A DNA stretch of 63,861 bases, filler included, from Lenisia limosa (GCA_001655205.1; 9 parts of 9 records of this genome joined end to end with filler, not necessarily neighbours in it); one strand, 5' to 3'; counted from the whole stretch's first letter, positions 52,015 through 63,861 are shown. Numbers and translations: made by a program. Notes: generated by a model from the sequence alone, not told the origin.

Positions 52015-55000
52015 TTCAGAGAAACCGTCAGCTCGCCAATCGTCTGATTGAGCAAGTCGCCTTAGACTTTGGAACAGATCAAACTACAAAGGCTGCAATG
52101 GGTTTTCTGAAAGATTTGAAAGAAAGATCCAGCACAAACGAGCCTGGACATAATCAATTTGTCCAGGTGATGCGCAAATATATGCGGGATCCGAAGGGTG
52201 ACGACAATAAGGTTTGTTTATTTAGTGATTGAAGTTGTGGTTTAGTATTTAAGAACTTTGACATTTATTTTTCAGGTATCTGCGTTTAACACCGCGCAAC
52301 ATGGACTCAAACGGATTCTACCTTCCGTATGTTTCAATGCCATTTTGTTGCGTGTGAAATTTTGGTGATATTTGTTTTTTTGTTCTCACCGATCTTTTAT
52401 GAGGTTGTTTCCAAAGACGAGCTCACCCGTCTTCTGGAAAATGATCGGATCTTACATCCCAAAAACAAGCTGCCAAAGAAGGATCTGCCAAGGTTTATGA
52501 TGGTTTCTTGTTAAGGATGTTTTGATAAGCCACCCCACTGTCATCTATTACACATTACGATAATTTTTTTATCATGATGCTTTACGGCATAAACTAATTT
52601 GAGGCTAAGTATACAATGAGTATACAATATTAAATTTACTACCCAGGAACACCAAAATCTTCTCGCTGCCAATGTGGAGAACCTTCTTGGATTTCGTGAA
52701 GACCGCCCCAAGGACGCCATGTTATCCGCCTCCAGCTCACGTCCTCTCCTCACAACCTTTTGGGTTTTTTGTTTTTGAATTGCAGCCTTTGCCACAATAT
52801 CTATGTTCAAGATTCATTCTTTATTACTATTCTCTCTATATTCCCCAGAGTATTTCACACCTAGGAATGAGTCACAATTGATGGAAGAGTCTTTGCGCCT
52901 GAAGCAAATTTTGACATTTTAAATGTGAGAAGTGGTTGCAGGTGTTTGTTTTGGTGTTTTGGAAGTCTAGAGATCCCAAATGAAGAGGAGTAACCTTTTT
53001 TGGTTTTTGCATTTGACACCAATATGTTTCGCCAACAGGGTTGACTCCGGGTTTTGTTTTGTTTCATAAAAAAAAACGGATCGAGAGGTGGTCGAAATCA
53101 AATGTGCTAATTGTCTAAGCCACAAGAAATATGACTGATTTTTGAGAGAGAATGCCATAATTATTACAATCATCCTGAGAAATTCTAAATTACCATTGAG
53201 ACTTGTCGGTCAATTGATATAAGGTAAAAATAACGTGGTTGACTCAAAAAGTGAAATAAAAATGGCTATGAAGAAAAAAAAAGGATGGATAAACATAANN
53301 NNNNNNNNNNNNNNNNNNNNNNNNNNNNNNNNNNNNNNNNNNNNNNNNNNNNNNNNNNNNNNNNNNAACTCACAGTAAAACATGAAGTTATAAAACTAGC
53401 CGTTGAAAGTGGATTTCGCCCTTCTGGCACTCACTTATATACTCTCAATATTCTATATAAACCCCCCAGTGCCATTTTGGTTCACCATTCTGGTGTGGGG
53501 CGCCCGGCTGGGGGGGGGTCAGTCCCCTGCAATTTCGGCTTGCCGAAGTCGCGGTGCTGGGCTTCCCAGATCACCTCTGGATCCTTTTGGTCTTCTTAAG
53601 ACGACAACCATTACTATAAACTGCAACTCATGAAGGGCAAAGGTGAGCTATTTGTGTGGAACCGATACTGCAACAATTTCATTTGTGTTGCGCTTCATGA
53701 GAGTCCTCTTGCCTTGCATAGCGTTTAAATTAACTAATTTGTCTCAGAAATATCGAGGTTTAACAGTTCCAGGTTGTTGCCGTCTTCAAACCCTTTTCAC
53801 TTTTGTATTGACTTGACTAAGTATGGCGGGATTGCTACTTTATTCAAACTGATTACACCTAGTCTTTTGTTTTCAAACAGAGGTTTTCATGCTGGGACGA
53901 GACGATGTTAGTGATCTTCACATTCGTATCCTGTTCATTGTTTTTGACAAAGGCAGCAATGGGAAAATTTGAAAGGTACACCGACAATACCGAGAAAAAC
54001 TTTCAAAAGAGACTGGAGGACGCCCGGAAGGCGAATAGTAGCGTTGACCCTGACACGTAAGCTGGTCAGGAATCGGGGAAGTTTAATAGGGGGCATGATC
54101 TCAATCTCAACGTAAAACTGCATGTTTTTTACAGTTCCTCCAAATCTTTTTGATTATTAGTATTGAGAAACATCAATGTCGCATTTTTCTCACTTTCGTG
54201 TTCTCACACTTCCCTCTCTCTCTCTGATATCCCTCTTTTGTCTTCTTGTGTTTCTCCCTGTTTGAGATACTCCTAACATTTTTAGAATTTGTAGAGAATG
54301 TGGAAAGCCTTCTCTTCTCAAGGATCCTGAGTTTGGAATGGAATACCTTGTAAGTGCGGGTGTCCTGTTGCTGTACCATCATCACCTTGTTCAAATTTTT
54401 CAATATCACATTTTCAGCTCTCCTCCGCCACTATCTACGACGACAATCTTCCACAGTGCCGTGACATTTTGGGCGACTTCAAGATTGTGAAAGGCGTTGT
54501 CATTAGCGATAACATCAACATCGACATTATGAAATCCTCTGATGAAGGAAATGATTAAGATGATCAATGAAACTGACCATTTTTCTCAGAATATGTATCT
54601 ACCCTCCCTGAAACAACTGAAATTGCAAGGNNNNNNNNNNNNNNNNNNNNNNNNNNNNNNNNNNNNNNNNNNNNNNNNNNNNNNNNNNNNNNNNNNNNNN
54701 NNNNTGGCCAAAACCTACAATTCTTCTCCAAGCAGTCATATTCTTGCAATTGAGGACAACGATTAATCATAACCGTCACAATTTATGTGCGGAAGCATAT
54801 TTTACTTCCCAGGTTTGTGCACTTGCCTTGTATATGCTCTTCCTACTCATCGTCATCTAGCCATCATTCACATCACACATCCTCCTAGTAAGGATTATTG
54901 TATATGATATTTATTATTATTTATTTTTTTCCATTTAAATTCAAGCAACCTAGAGTAGTAACAAAGTAGTTTGAAGACCAGTACCACCACGCTTATGTTA

Positions 55001-55330
55001 ATAAAAAATTGCGATCAAAAATTCAGTCTCTTAGCATGGAAATAAGTGAGTGGTGTGATAGTAATTGTATGTTCTTTGTAATCAGAGCAACTTAACTCCT
55101 TTTATTTCCTCTCATCATTTAACACAATGATTCTTTATTGTAATAGGGATGTCAAAGACGTGCATGTTGTGACCCTCATTTCTGAGTCCCTCCATGGCAC
55201 TGACCTTGAGGTGTATGCTGCCTCGATGAAATGTTGTGGCTTTGAAAAGACAGGGAGACATAACCCTGCGCTTATCAACAAAGATGTCTACGCACCTGGT
55301 CTTCCCTACCGTTACAACACCATCAGCGGT
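52015..55330 (+). CDS. Multi-exon hypothetical protein with CxxC pairs
   Basis: GT-AG exons ..FVQVMRKYMRDPKGDDNK|VSAFNTAQHGLKRILPS|VVSKDELTRLLEND.., EIKCANCLSHK, DDNHYYKLQLMKGK, RICRECGKPSLLKDPEFGMEYL|LSSATIYDDNLPQCRDILGDFKIVKG. It may be more than one gene. Confidence 0.5.
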
Positions 55331-56229
55331 CCATTCTTGAAGAGTCTCTGTTGGCTATCCAACACACACAAGGGTTGATAACAAAACACCAAAGAAAGCC
55401 CAGGCCAGTCACTTCTGCATCACCACATCCCACATCCCATTACTCCAACAAACAAAACCAGGTAAAATTAGAAAATTTATCAACCAAAAAAGTCCTCCAA
55501 GGGGGGGGGGGTGCTATCACCAGTACCTTGTCTACATCCTGAAGTTGCTCCAGTTCCATAATTAAAAAAAGTCGATGATAAAGGAAAATGAAAGGGAAAA
55601 AAGGTCACTTAGAGGTACCCGGGTAAACAAATTAAAAAACTCCAAAACGGATGTTTTGAACGCTCATTCACCAAAAAAATTCATTTTTGGATATCGGATA
55701 TTTTCCCCCAATTCTAACGTTTACAACCTAAATGTCACATTTTGATATTTTTGTATGGCGAGCAATGTGAGTGTAACTTGTTGAATCAACAGTAAACGCA
55801 ACTAAAAAAATATCGAAGAAAACAGCTAGTAATTATCAATTTCTCAATTTGTAATAGCGAGCTTGAACCAACGTGAGGATCTTGTGGTCACAACAGGGCA
55901 CCTACATATTATATAATGTTGACCAAAAGGACAGTAGAACAGCCAATTGAACATGAAACCAAGGGAGGGGGGGTGTAAAGAAGAGAGACACATTAAAGCG
56001 AAGGCAAAAAACAATGAACAGCCTACTCATTTGTGACTTGAGTGCATGAGTCTGGGTGTTAGACTTCGTTGAAACTTGGGTTTTTGCTCTCTTTTTCCTG
56101 GCTTGAGGGGTAGATGACAGTGGGTTGTGGTGGTAAATTGTTCTGAGAGACGTAACGAAATGCCCATGGCTCACTCAAAAATTCACCGATTACAGTTTGT
56201 AAACTCTCAAAAATTCGTGATATTACTGA

Positions 56230-56645
56230 TTTCCCATTGGTTATGAACAATATACTGAGAATTCTAAGAAACCGGTTTGAATACATAATATTTCAAAAAT
56301 TCCATGGAAAAACAAAGATTAGTAATGGGTATTTGTTGGAACCATAATTTGAAAATAATTATACTATTAACCCAACATCTGATGATATTGAACCTATCAA
56401 CCCACCCTATCTTCAATTATCACAAACATCTGCTTCCACAACTGAAGTGGGTTATCTTGGTATACATTCAGAGGAATCATATCAAACACGATAAACGCAG
56501 GGATTTTTGTTTGAAAGTCAATCAATATTCATATATCCATTCCACTATTCCGAAACATATTGTAAAAGGTGTCTTGAACGGGCAACTCACACGTAAGGGT
56601 CGATTATGTTCTCAACCGACGTCTCATCCGAACCCTCAATACTAA
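56230..56645 (+). mobile_element. Decayed Penelope-like element (PLE) reverse transcriptase fragment
   Basis: Across frames: KQRLVMG (QxxGxxMG), SDDIEPINPP (YxDD box), LQLSQTSASTTEVGYLGI, and HDKRRDFCLKVNQYSYIHSTIPKHIVKGVLNGQLTRKGRLCS, which matches the PLE thumb YDKRxDF..SxIP..GV..QLxR..RxCS. Confidence 0.7.
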
Positions 56646-57474
56646 TGGATATAATCTTGCATTCCTCAAAAAATTAACGATGTCGTTTATCTTCAAATTC
56701 AATGACACTTAATCGAAAAAAAACTGAGGGCGCTTCTCTTAAGCAACCTCACCGGCCTCATAGACTTGGGGATCTTCCTGAGACCTTGTCCTACTATTGA
56801 GGCACTTCTAATCTGTTCTCCTTTGAGGACGTTTCAATATTTATGAATATTTTTCTATAAAGCCTCTGATGTCTGCAATTCTAACTCTCTNNNNNNNNNN
56901 NNNNNNNNNNNNNNNNNNNNNNNNNNNNNNNNNNTTAATTAATTAANNNNNNNNNNNNNNNNNNNNNNNNNNNNNNNNNNNNNNNNNNNNTCTTGTTTCA
57001 TAAATATTCAGTGTTAAGGGGTGCTCTGCTGCAGGTTGTTTTTGTTTCATTAAGTTTCCATATTACATCCCCCACACACTATCATGTTTCCGCGGCCGAA
57101 GTAAGTGCCTCAACTTCCGACACAATGAATGGGGCTGAATTAGTTACACTTATGTAAGTAATGCAAGTTGAAGACCCCTCCCCCTAATTTGGGTGGTGAC
57201 GAGAGCGTTCAAATACATATCCCTCAAACAAAATGTATATCATAACCCTACCTGATCTAAAACAAAAAATAGCACAAAATACAATAATAATATTCATGGG
57301 TCTGCACCATGTTACACACCCCACCTCACCCCCCACCAGTATTTCCTGAGCTTTTTTAGTTTTTGTTTTAATGTGACCTGTTTTATGTCTAGTTTAATGT
57401 TTGTTTTGTATTTGAATGGTCCCTCCACGCCAATATTTTTCATCGAAATTTCCTTAGTTTTACCCCCCCCCCAG

Positions 57475-58715
57475 CCTGGAGATCGCTGGGACACAAGAGG
57501 GTCATTTTTGACTGTTTTAATGCTTGGCGCCTGTGTGATCACCCCTGCCGCTCTCATGTAGGGGAAGGGGGGTAAATAGCTAGCATTTGGGAAATCCTTT
57601 ATAGGGCTTCACTTCGGTTCGAAAAATATCGGTAAAAGATAATTTTCGAAGATTTGTCGAAAAATTTAGTCTTTTTTTCAAGCCGAAGTGAAGCCCTGGT
57701 CCTTGATATACATATATTTCGATAGTTTACCACTCTTTTTTTGTACAGGAGTAAAGCCCTTGTTATAAGAGAAGACAAGATAAGATATTCAACTGACTGA
57801 AAATTGTGTTACAAAACCGTTAGAAGCTATTGTTTGGGAGTAAGGCGAACAAAAAAGATGACACCACAAGAATATTCGTGACAATTTTAATTTTTAGAAA
57901 TTCTTGCAATAATTTTTTGGTAATAAAATATTAAAATGTCTGAAATAAAGTTTACGTTAAACTAAATTCAAAATATGAAAATTATTTTTTCATAAGTAGA
58001 GTCCCACTTTCATACCTTGCATTAATGTGAACTCTTGTGCACTAACACCTCAGCGCTGTTTGGTTCCTCGATAACCAAGTGGAATACCTGGTTGCTGGTG
58101 GCCTTCTCGTGATCTCCGTCTTACTGACACTCGTGTTGACAATTCGTGAGATGAACCTCAAGGTGAGATTACGGCTTCACTTCGGTTTGAAAAAAGACTA
58201 TATTTCTCGATAAACCCTTGAAAACTGTCGATTTTTTACCAGTCTTTTTCGAACCAAAGTGAACCTCAGGTGGGATGTATCAACAATTGTTATGTTGTTG
58301 CCATAATTAGATATTATTGACTTTCACAATTTCCTCTCTGGTCCTACTGCGGAGATATGAACAGTTTTCTCTCGGGTTATACCCCAAAGATAGTAATAGT
58401 TTTATCTCCTATCATACCGCGGAGCTATTGTGACTGTTTAGCGATTTGAAGTTCATAATCGAATGAGCGTTTACCTTGACCAACTCCGTGAATACCAGGA
58501 GGATGATTGGGGTAGGGGGATGCGAGTATCGAAGAAAGATGATGGTGGGGTAAGATTATTGTAGGAAGATGGTGGGTGTGAGAATTGCTAATATAATGTC
58601 TTACACCCTGTACGTATAACACGTCACCCCCGCAGCCTCTGCGGTACCCCTGGCAGCCCCTGGTTCCTCGTCAATGTCATTGGTGCACACGCTCAGAGAC
58701 AACAAATGGGTCCAG
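57475..58715 (+). CDS. P-type ATPase N-terminal fragment (P5-like), partial
   Basis: Exon 58054-58162 AVWFLDNQVEYLVAGGLLVISVLLTLVLTIREMNLK (TM2-like), then exon 58636-58715 ending LVHTLRDNKWVQ (the VxRDGxW motif that precedes LVPGD). Confidence 0.5.
57602..57698. mobile_element. MITE-A copy (partial divergent copy follows at ~57713-57760)
   Basis: Both TIRs present. Confidence 0.85.
58170..58268. mobile_element. MITE-A copy 7 nt after a splice donor
   Basis: Both TIRs, four CpG transitions. Confidence 0.85.
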
Positions 58716-58927
58716 GTGTGGGGCATATATGGGGGGAAGGGGTGTTTATATGGGTATTTTTCATAATTTTTTACCCCCCCCCCCACGCCAAATTAAATCT
58801 CAGGCTTTTTTTTTTNNNNNNNNNNNNNNNNNNNNNNNNNNNNNNNNNNNNNNNNNNNNTTAATTAATTAANNNNNNNNNNNNNNNNNNNNNNNNNNNNN
58901 NNNNNNNNNNNNNNNCCCCCCCCCCAG

Positions 58928-60290
58928 TCCTGGTTTTAGGCGGCGGTGATGGCGGCGTATTGGCCGAACTGAAAAAACGAAAACCGGCCTGGGTGGAGAT
59001 GTACGAAGTTAGGGGGGGCTACGTGAGACCAATTTTTCGATTTTTGACATTTGCTCAAAATTGAATTCAGCAAGTTGGTTAATATCCGAAATTTTCCGAT
59101 TATTCTAGCTCCGGAATAATNNNNNNNNNNNNNNNNNNNNNNNNNNNNNNNNNNNNNNNNNNNNNNNNNNNNNNNNNNNNNNNNNNNNNNNNNNNNNNNN
59201 NNNNNNNNNNNNNNNNNNNNNNNNNNNNNNNNNNNNNNNNNNNNNNNNNNNNNNNNNNNNNNNNNNNNNNNNNNNNNNNNNNNNNNNNNNNNNNNNNNNN
59301 NNNNNNNNNNNNNNNNNNNNNNNNNNNNNNNTAAGTACGGAATATATTTTTTTGTGGCTTTTCAATGTATTAACAATTTTGACAGTACCACCACACAGTA
59401 TTTCCCCAAAGCATTTGCTTTTTTTTTATCAAGAATTGTCACCAAAACTCTTCAATTTTACCCCCTTTTGTTTTATGAATGTTCCAATTTTACCCATCCC
59501 CCTCAGATTGATGACGTGGTGATAAAGGCTTGCGCTGAGCACTTGCGTGGCGTGTCCTTTGACTCCTTGGATCGGCTGGAGGGACCAAACTGGAAGGTGT
59601 GGGGTGTAATAGGTATTGTATTCAATTTAGCAAGAAATTAAGTAGGGGGGGGGGGGCNNNNNNNNNNNNNNNNNNNNNNNNNNNNNNNNNNNNNNNNNNN
59701 NNNNNNNNNNNNNNNNNNNNNNNNNNNNNNNNNNNNNNNNNNNNNNTCAGAATTCATATTTCGCTTTTGTTTTATCTAAAGATTGTCACTAGGGCTTCAC
59801 TTCGGTTCGAAAAAAGACTGAATTTGTCGATAAATCCTCGAAAACTATCAATATTTTACCGGTATTTTTCGAACCGAAGTGAAGCTCTAATTGCCACCCT
59901 TTCAATGGAATCCAACATGATTCCCCCTCAAGAAGTCCTGGTTGGGAAGTCATGAGTACTCCCGCACTCTTTCTCTCAATTCCACCTTATAATCACAAAA
60001 TGCTGGGGTTTAAAGACGTTCACCTTTCAGGTAGTGGTTGATGACTGTTTCCCTCATTTGGAGAAACATGTAAAAGAAGGTATGGATGAATAGTGCAATT
60101 GCTTGAGAAAATAGAAGTCGGACATATTGTAACGAGAACCTCATTTCAGACACTTTGTTAACTTCGGCTTTAACATGATACTTAACTAGGCTTTAGACAA
60201 AATACTTAACTATTAACCACGGTGTAGGCAAGACGTTCGATTACGTCATCAACGACCTGACTGCTCTCCCAGTCGCAACCGAAGAACATG
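58928..60290 (+). CDS. SMS: Spermine synthase, animal-type aminopropyltransferase, partial (exons 58928-59007, 59507-59596, 60031-60079, 60228-60290)
   Basis: In-phase splice: VLVLGGGDGGVLAELKKRKPAWVEMYE|IDDVVIKACAEHLRGVSFDSLDRLEGPNWK|VVVDDCFPHLEKHVKE|GKTFDYVINDLTALPVATEEH. GGGDGG, DC and FDYVINDLT match animal spermine synthase rather than spermidine synthase (FDVIIxDSSDP). Confidence 0.85.
59790..59889. mobile_element. MITE-A copy in spermine synthase intron
   Basis: Near-consensus copy, TA flanks. Confidence 0.9.
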
Positions 60291-62109
60291 GTCTGGGCCT
60301 TTTTTTTTTTTTTTTTTTNNNNNNNNNNNNNNNNNNNNNNNNNNNNNNNNNNNNNNNNNNNNNNNNNNNNNNNNNNNNNNNNNNNNNNNNNNNNNNNNNN
60401 NNNNNNNNNNNNNNNNNNNNNNNNNNNNNNNNNNNNNNNNNNNNNNNNNNNNNNNNNNNNNNNNNNNNNNNNNNNNNNNNNNNNNNNNNNNNNNNNNNNN
60501 NNNNNNNNNNNNNNNNNNNNNNNNNNNNNNNNNNNNNNNNNNNNNNNNNNNNNNNNNNNNNNNNNNNNNNNNNNNNNNNNNNNNNNNNNNNNNNNNNNNN
60601 NNNNNNNNNNNNNNNNNNNNNNNNNNNNNCGCGACTACAACCAAAATCTGAAGGTCTGGGTAATATCTCCCGCGCTCTTATTGTCTCCGATAATTTGTTT
60701 GATTTGATGTTCCTAACCTTCGTGTTTGGTGTCGGCACCTATAAGCGATGTTGAGTGTGGGCTTAAGATTTTTTTTTTGTTATTCTTTAATATTTAAGGT
60801 TTTTTAGCTCTTTAATGTTCAATTTAGGTTATTAAAGATGATGTGTTTGTTCCTTCCTTCCAAGAAAAGTAGGCTAGTGAGGGGTAATATCGTATAGCAA
60901 ATAGAATTGATATTAGAGGGTTTTTTGGACTGTGCAATGCCATGTCAGAAAGAACTTTGTTTTCCAAAATCAACAGTATCGTGGAATTATTTGCGCAGTA
61001 TCGTGGAGGCTGGGGATCATTTACCTTTTTAGGTGGCGTTTCTATGACGTGTCAACGGAGAACTGAAATGATCTGGGCTGTCCTAATGGTGCTATTACGA
61101 GCGAAGTAGTCTCGTGTTTTGTTTGGGTTCTTATTATGCATTTCGAACTAGATTATTGGGAATGGAAATCCATCTTCTTATGTATTCGTGGCCTTGGTTG
61201 ATATGAATCAGATTCCATAAGCTCGTGATAACACGATGGCGCTTCGACTTGGAATATCCATGTTGCATTTGAGAATCCTATTTATAGTGATCCGCATTTT
61301 GACTATGATATTATACATCTCCATATATAACTCCATGGGATCACAATGTCAATGGGAATCGACTTTTTCATAAGAATCCTCTGAAGTGGTTTGGCAGTCC
61401 TCACATTTCTGGATATGTTGTCCTTTCCACAATAAAAAATAATAATAATAATAATAAAAAAACCAAATGCGAGGTATAAGAGCGTTAGAATCCGATTTCA
61501 CATGTGTCTTTTATGGGCTCATCTGAAAACGGTTGGTCTTGTCAGAGCTTCACTTTTGTCTTATGATGAAAAATGTGACAAAACTATTGAACCGAATTGT
61601 AGTTGGAAGCTTACATTACATACACTCCACCGTCTAGGGCTCTGTGCAATCACCAGCCTGACTTGGTAATAATTCTCCTCACCATATCCGAGGCCGCTGC
61701 AGGCTGATCCATTGGAACCATGTGACCCGCATTTTCAATGAGAACAAGCNNNNNNNNNNNNNNNNNNNNNNNNNNNNNNNNNNNNNNNNNNNNTTAATTA
61801 ATTAANNNNNNNNNNNNNNNNNNNNNNNNNNNNNNNNNNNNNNNNNNNNTCCACAGCTGTCTCCAATGCACGCGCAAAATGCGCGTATTTACTCTCTAAA
61901 TTCCGCTATTCACGCTCAAAATTCCCCTATTCATCCGCAACTTTCGCCATTTTCCCCACCACCTCGGATGAACCTCTCCCAACACTCCCCAAATCCCATC
62001 ACACAGCCCTGGCATGGATCAGCCCCTTCTCCGTCTCAAGTCCAGAAGGAAAATACCTGGGTAAATATGACACCCCAGGGGAGGTAGGAATAGGTCTTCG
62101 ATCGGGGTG

Positions 62110-62425
62110 TTGATGTTGCTGTTAATGATTATGTTGATGATATTGATGATGATGTTGTTGATAATGATGATATTGATGATGGTGATGTTGTTGTTGTTGA
62201 TGATGATATTGATGATGGTGATGTTGTTGTGAATGATTATGTTGATGATAATGATGATAATGATGATGGTGATGTTGTTGATGATTATGATATTGATGAT
62301 GTTGTTGTTGATAATGATTTTATTGATGATGGTGATGTTGTTGTTGTTGATGATGATTATGATAATGATGATAGTTGCTGTTGATGATGATTATGATAAT
62401 GATGGTGATGTTGTTGATGATGCAC
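62110..62425. repeat. Degenerate (GAT/GTT)n trinucleotide tract; complementary (CAT)n tract at 63637-63730
   Basis: Low-complexity trinucleotide runs. The Met-rich ORFs over them are artefacts. Confidence 0.9.
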
Positions 62426-62870
62426 AACAATATAATGATTTTGGGTTCTTTTGTTTTTTGTTTGGTTGCATAAATATTCCAATTTTACGTTCACTGGAGT
62501 GATGGGATGCAGTGCTGCAGAAGTGACTGGCCTGGGCTTTGTNNNNNNNNNNNNNNNNNNNNNNNNNNNNNNNNNNNNNNNNNNNNNNNNNNNNNNNNNN
62601 NNNNNNNNNNNNNNNNNNNNNNNNNNNNNNNNNNGCCCTATTGGTTTCTCATGTCCGCCGGTTGAAGACTCCCAGGTAAGGGATTCTTACTATTGCTTAT
62701 TATAAAGATAATGATGGGTTGAAGATTAAAATGATGCATCATTATCACCATTATAATCTCCAACCATTTAATTATTCAACATTATTATCCAAAATGTCCG
62801 ATTAAATTCCTAAATTTCTCATATTATTCTAACATTTCCTCCACTCCTCCCCCCGATGTTGTGTAATAAT

Positions 62871-62971
62871 TAGGGCTTCCCTACAACCCCAAAAAAGACT
62901 GAGTTTCTTGATCAATCCTCGATAAATATTGATATATTCCCAGTTTTTTTTCGAACCGAAGTGAACCCCTA
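62871..62971. mobile_element. MITE-A hybrid copy (variant B left end, type A right end)
   Basis: TA-GGGCTTCCCTAC...TTCGAACCGAAGTGAACCCC-TA. Confidence 0.85.
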
Positions 62972-63251
62972 TTCCTAATCCCTCGTATTTACGTACTCAG
63001 TGTCAAACCCCCTTCGCGTCGCCTGCANNNNNNNNNNNNNNNNNNNNNNNNNNNNNNNNNNNNNNNNNNNNNNNNNNNNNNNNNNNNNNNNNNNNNNNNN
63101 NNNNNNNNNNNNNNNNNNNNNNNNNNNNNNNNNNNNNNNNNNNNNNNNNNNNNNNNNNNNNNNNNNNNNNNNAAAGACCGTCAAAGTATCGATATTTATC
63201 GAGGAATTATCGGGACATTCAGTCTAATGAAAGAAATGAGAGGGGGTGCAC

Positions 63252-63349
63252 TAGGGCTTCACTTCGGTTCGAAAAAAGACTAATTTTTTCGATAAATTCT
63301 CGATAACTATCGATGTTGTCCAGGGTTTTTAGAACCGAATTAAAGCCCT
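63252..63349. mobile_element. MITE-A copy. Additional partial copies at 10075-10125, 10556-10622, 45146-45208, 63173-63225
   Basis: Left TIR is consensus; right TIR is degenerate. Confidence 0.85.
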
Positions 63350-63861
63350 TCTCATTGCTATATATAACCCCCCGCCCCATTATACTCTAAATTAACCCCC
63401 AGAGACTAAAAAGAGCCAGCAGTCGGGTGCGGCCCGCCTTGCCTGCTATGAGGCCTGCTGCCAAGAAATTCCAACCCGAGCCGGAGACAGAGAGAGAGGA
63501 GGNNNNNNNNNNNNNNNNNNNNNNNNNNNNNNNNNNNNNNNNNNNNNNNNNNNNNNNNNNNNNNNNNNNNNNNNNNNNNNNNNNNNNNNNNNNNNNNNNN
63601 NNNNNNNNNNNNNNNNNNNNNNNNNNNNNNNNNNNNATCATCAGCATCGTCATCATCATCGTCGTCATTATCGTCATCATCATCATATATCATCATTATC
63701 ATTTTCATCATCATCATTATCATTATCACCGTTAAAACGATGTTCCACCCTGTACCCCTCCTTCCCCCAAAAAACACCCAAGGCCAAACATTCCTTCGGT
63801 TTACGGTTCGCTGGTGCTGCAAAAGCGACTGGCCTGTGCTTTGTTTGTTTTGTTGTTACCA

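Noticed and set aside
54345-54410. Minus-strand peptide EQGDDGTATGHPHLQG resembling CRESS-virus Rep motif II (HUH)
   Set aside because: It is the antisense of a + strand donor (CTT|GTAAGT) and intron between two well-formed exons. There is no motif I or III, and the frame is closed by a stop upstream.
62233-62502. Met/Ile-rich ORF (also 63387-63822)
   Set aside because: Translation of a GAT/GTT trinucleotide tract.

Overview
Intron-rich eukaryotic (probably protist) draft DNA, not one continuous locus. Nine contigs are joined by eight artificial 100-bp spacers (44 N + TTAATTAATTAA + 44 N), and there are further N gaps inside contigs. The ORF track is mostly uninformative because the real genes are split into short exons, which I spliced by eye using GT-AG sites and phase. 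Recognisable genes: a LIM-domain protein, an ankyrin-repeat protein, a very divergent dynein heavy chain (AAA1-AAA2 region, dynein-2-like), a Cys-rich surface protein, a P-type ATPase fragment and an animal-type spermine synthase. Several spliced hypothetical genes are also present. Mobile DNA is dense: about 24 copies of a 96-bp palindromic TA-flanked MITE, three smaller inverted-repeat families, a decayed Ty3/Gypsy element with an inverted RNase H core, and a decayed Penelope-like RT. The most unusual signal is a ~130-150 bp dispersed repeat that sits inside introns, is almost always co-oriented with the host transcript, and often ends exactly at the AG acceptor. It occurs in a genome whose introns tend to start with G-runs and end with C-runs. 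No database searches were run; all family calls are from motif recognition.
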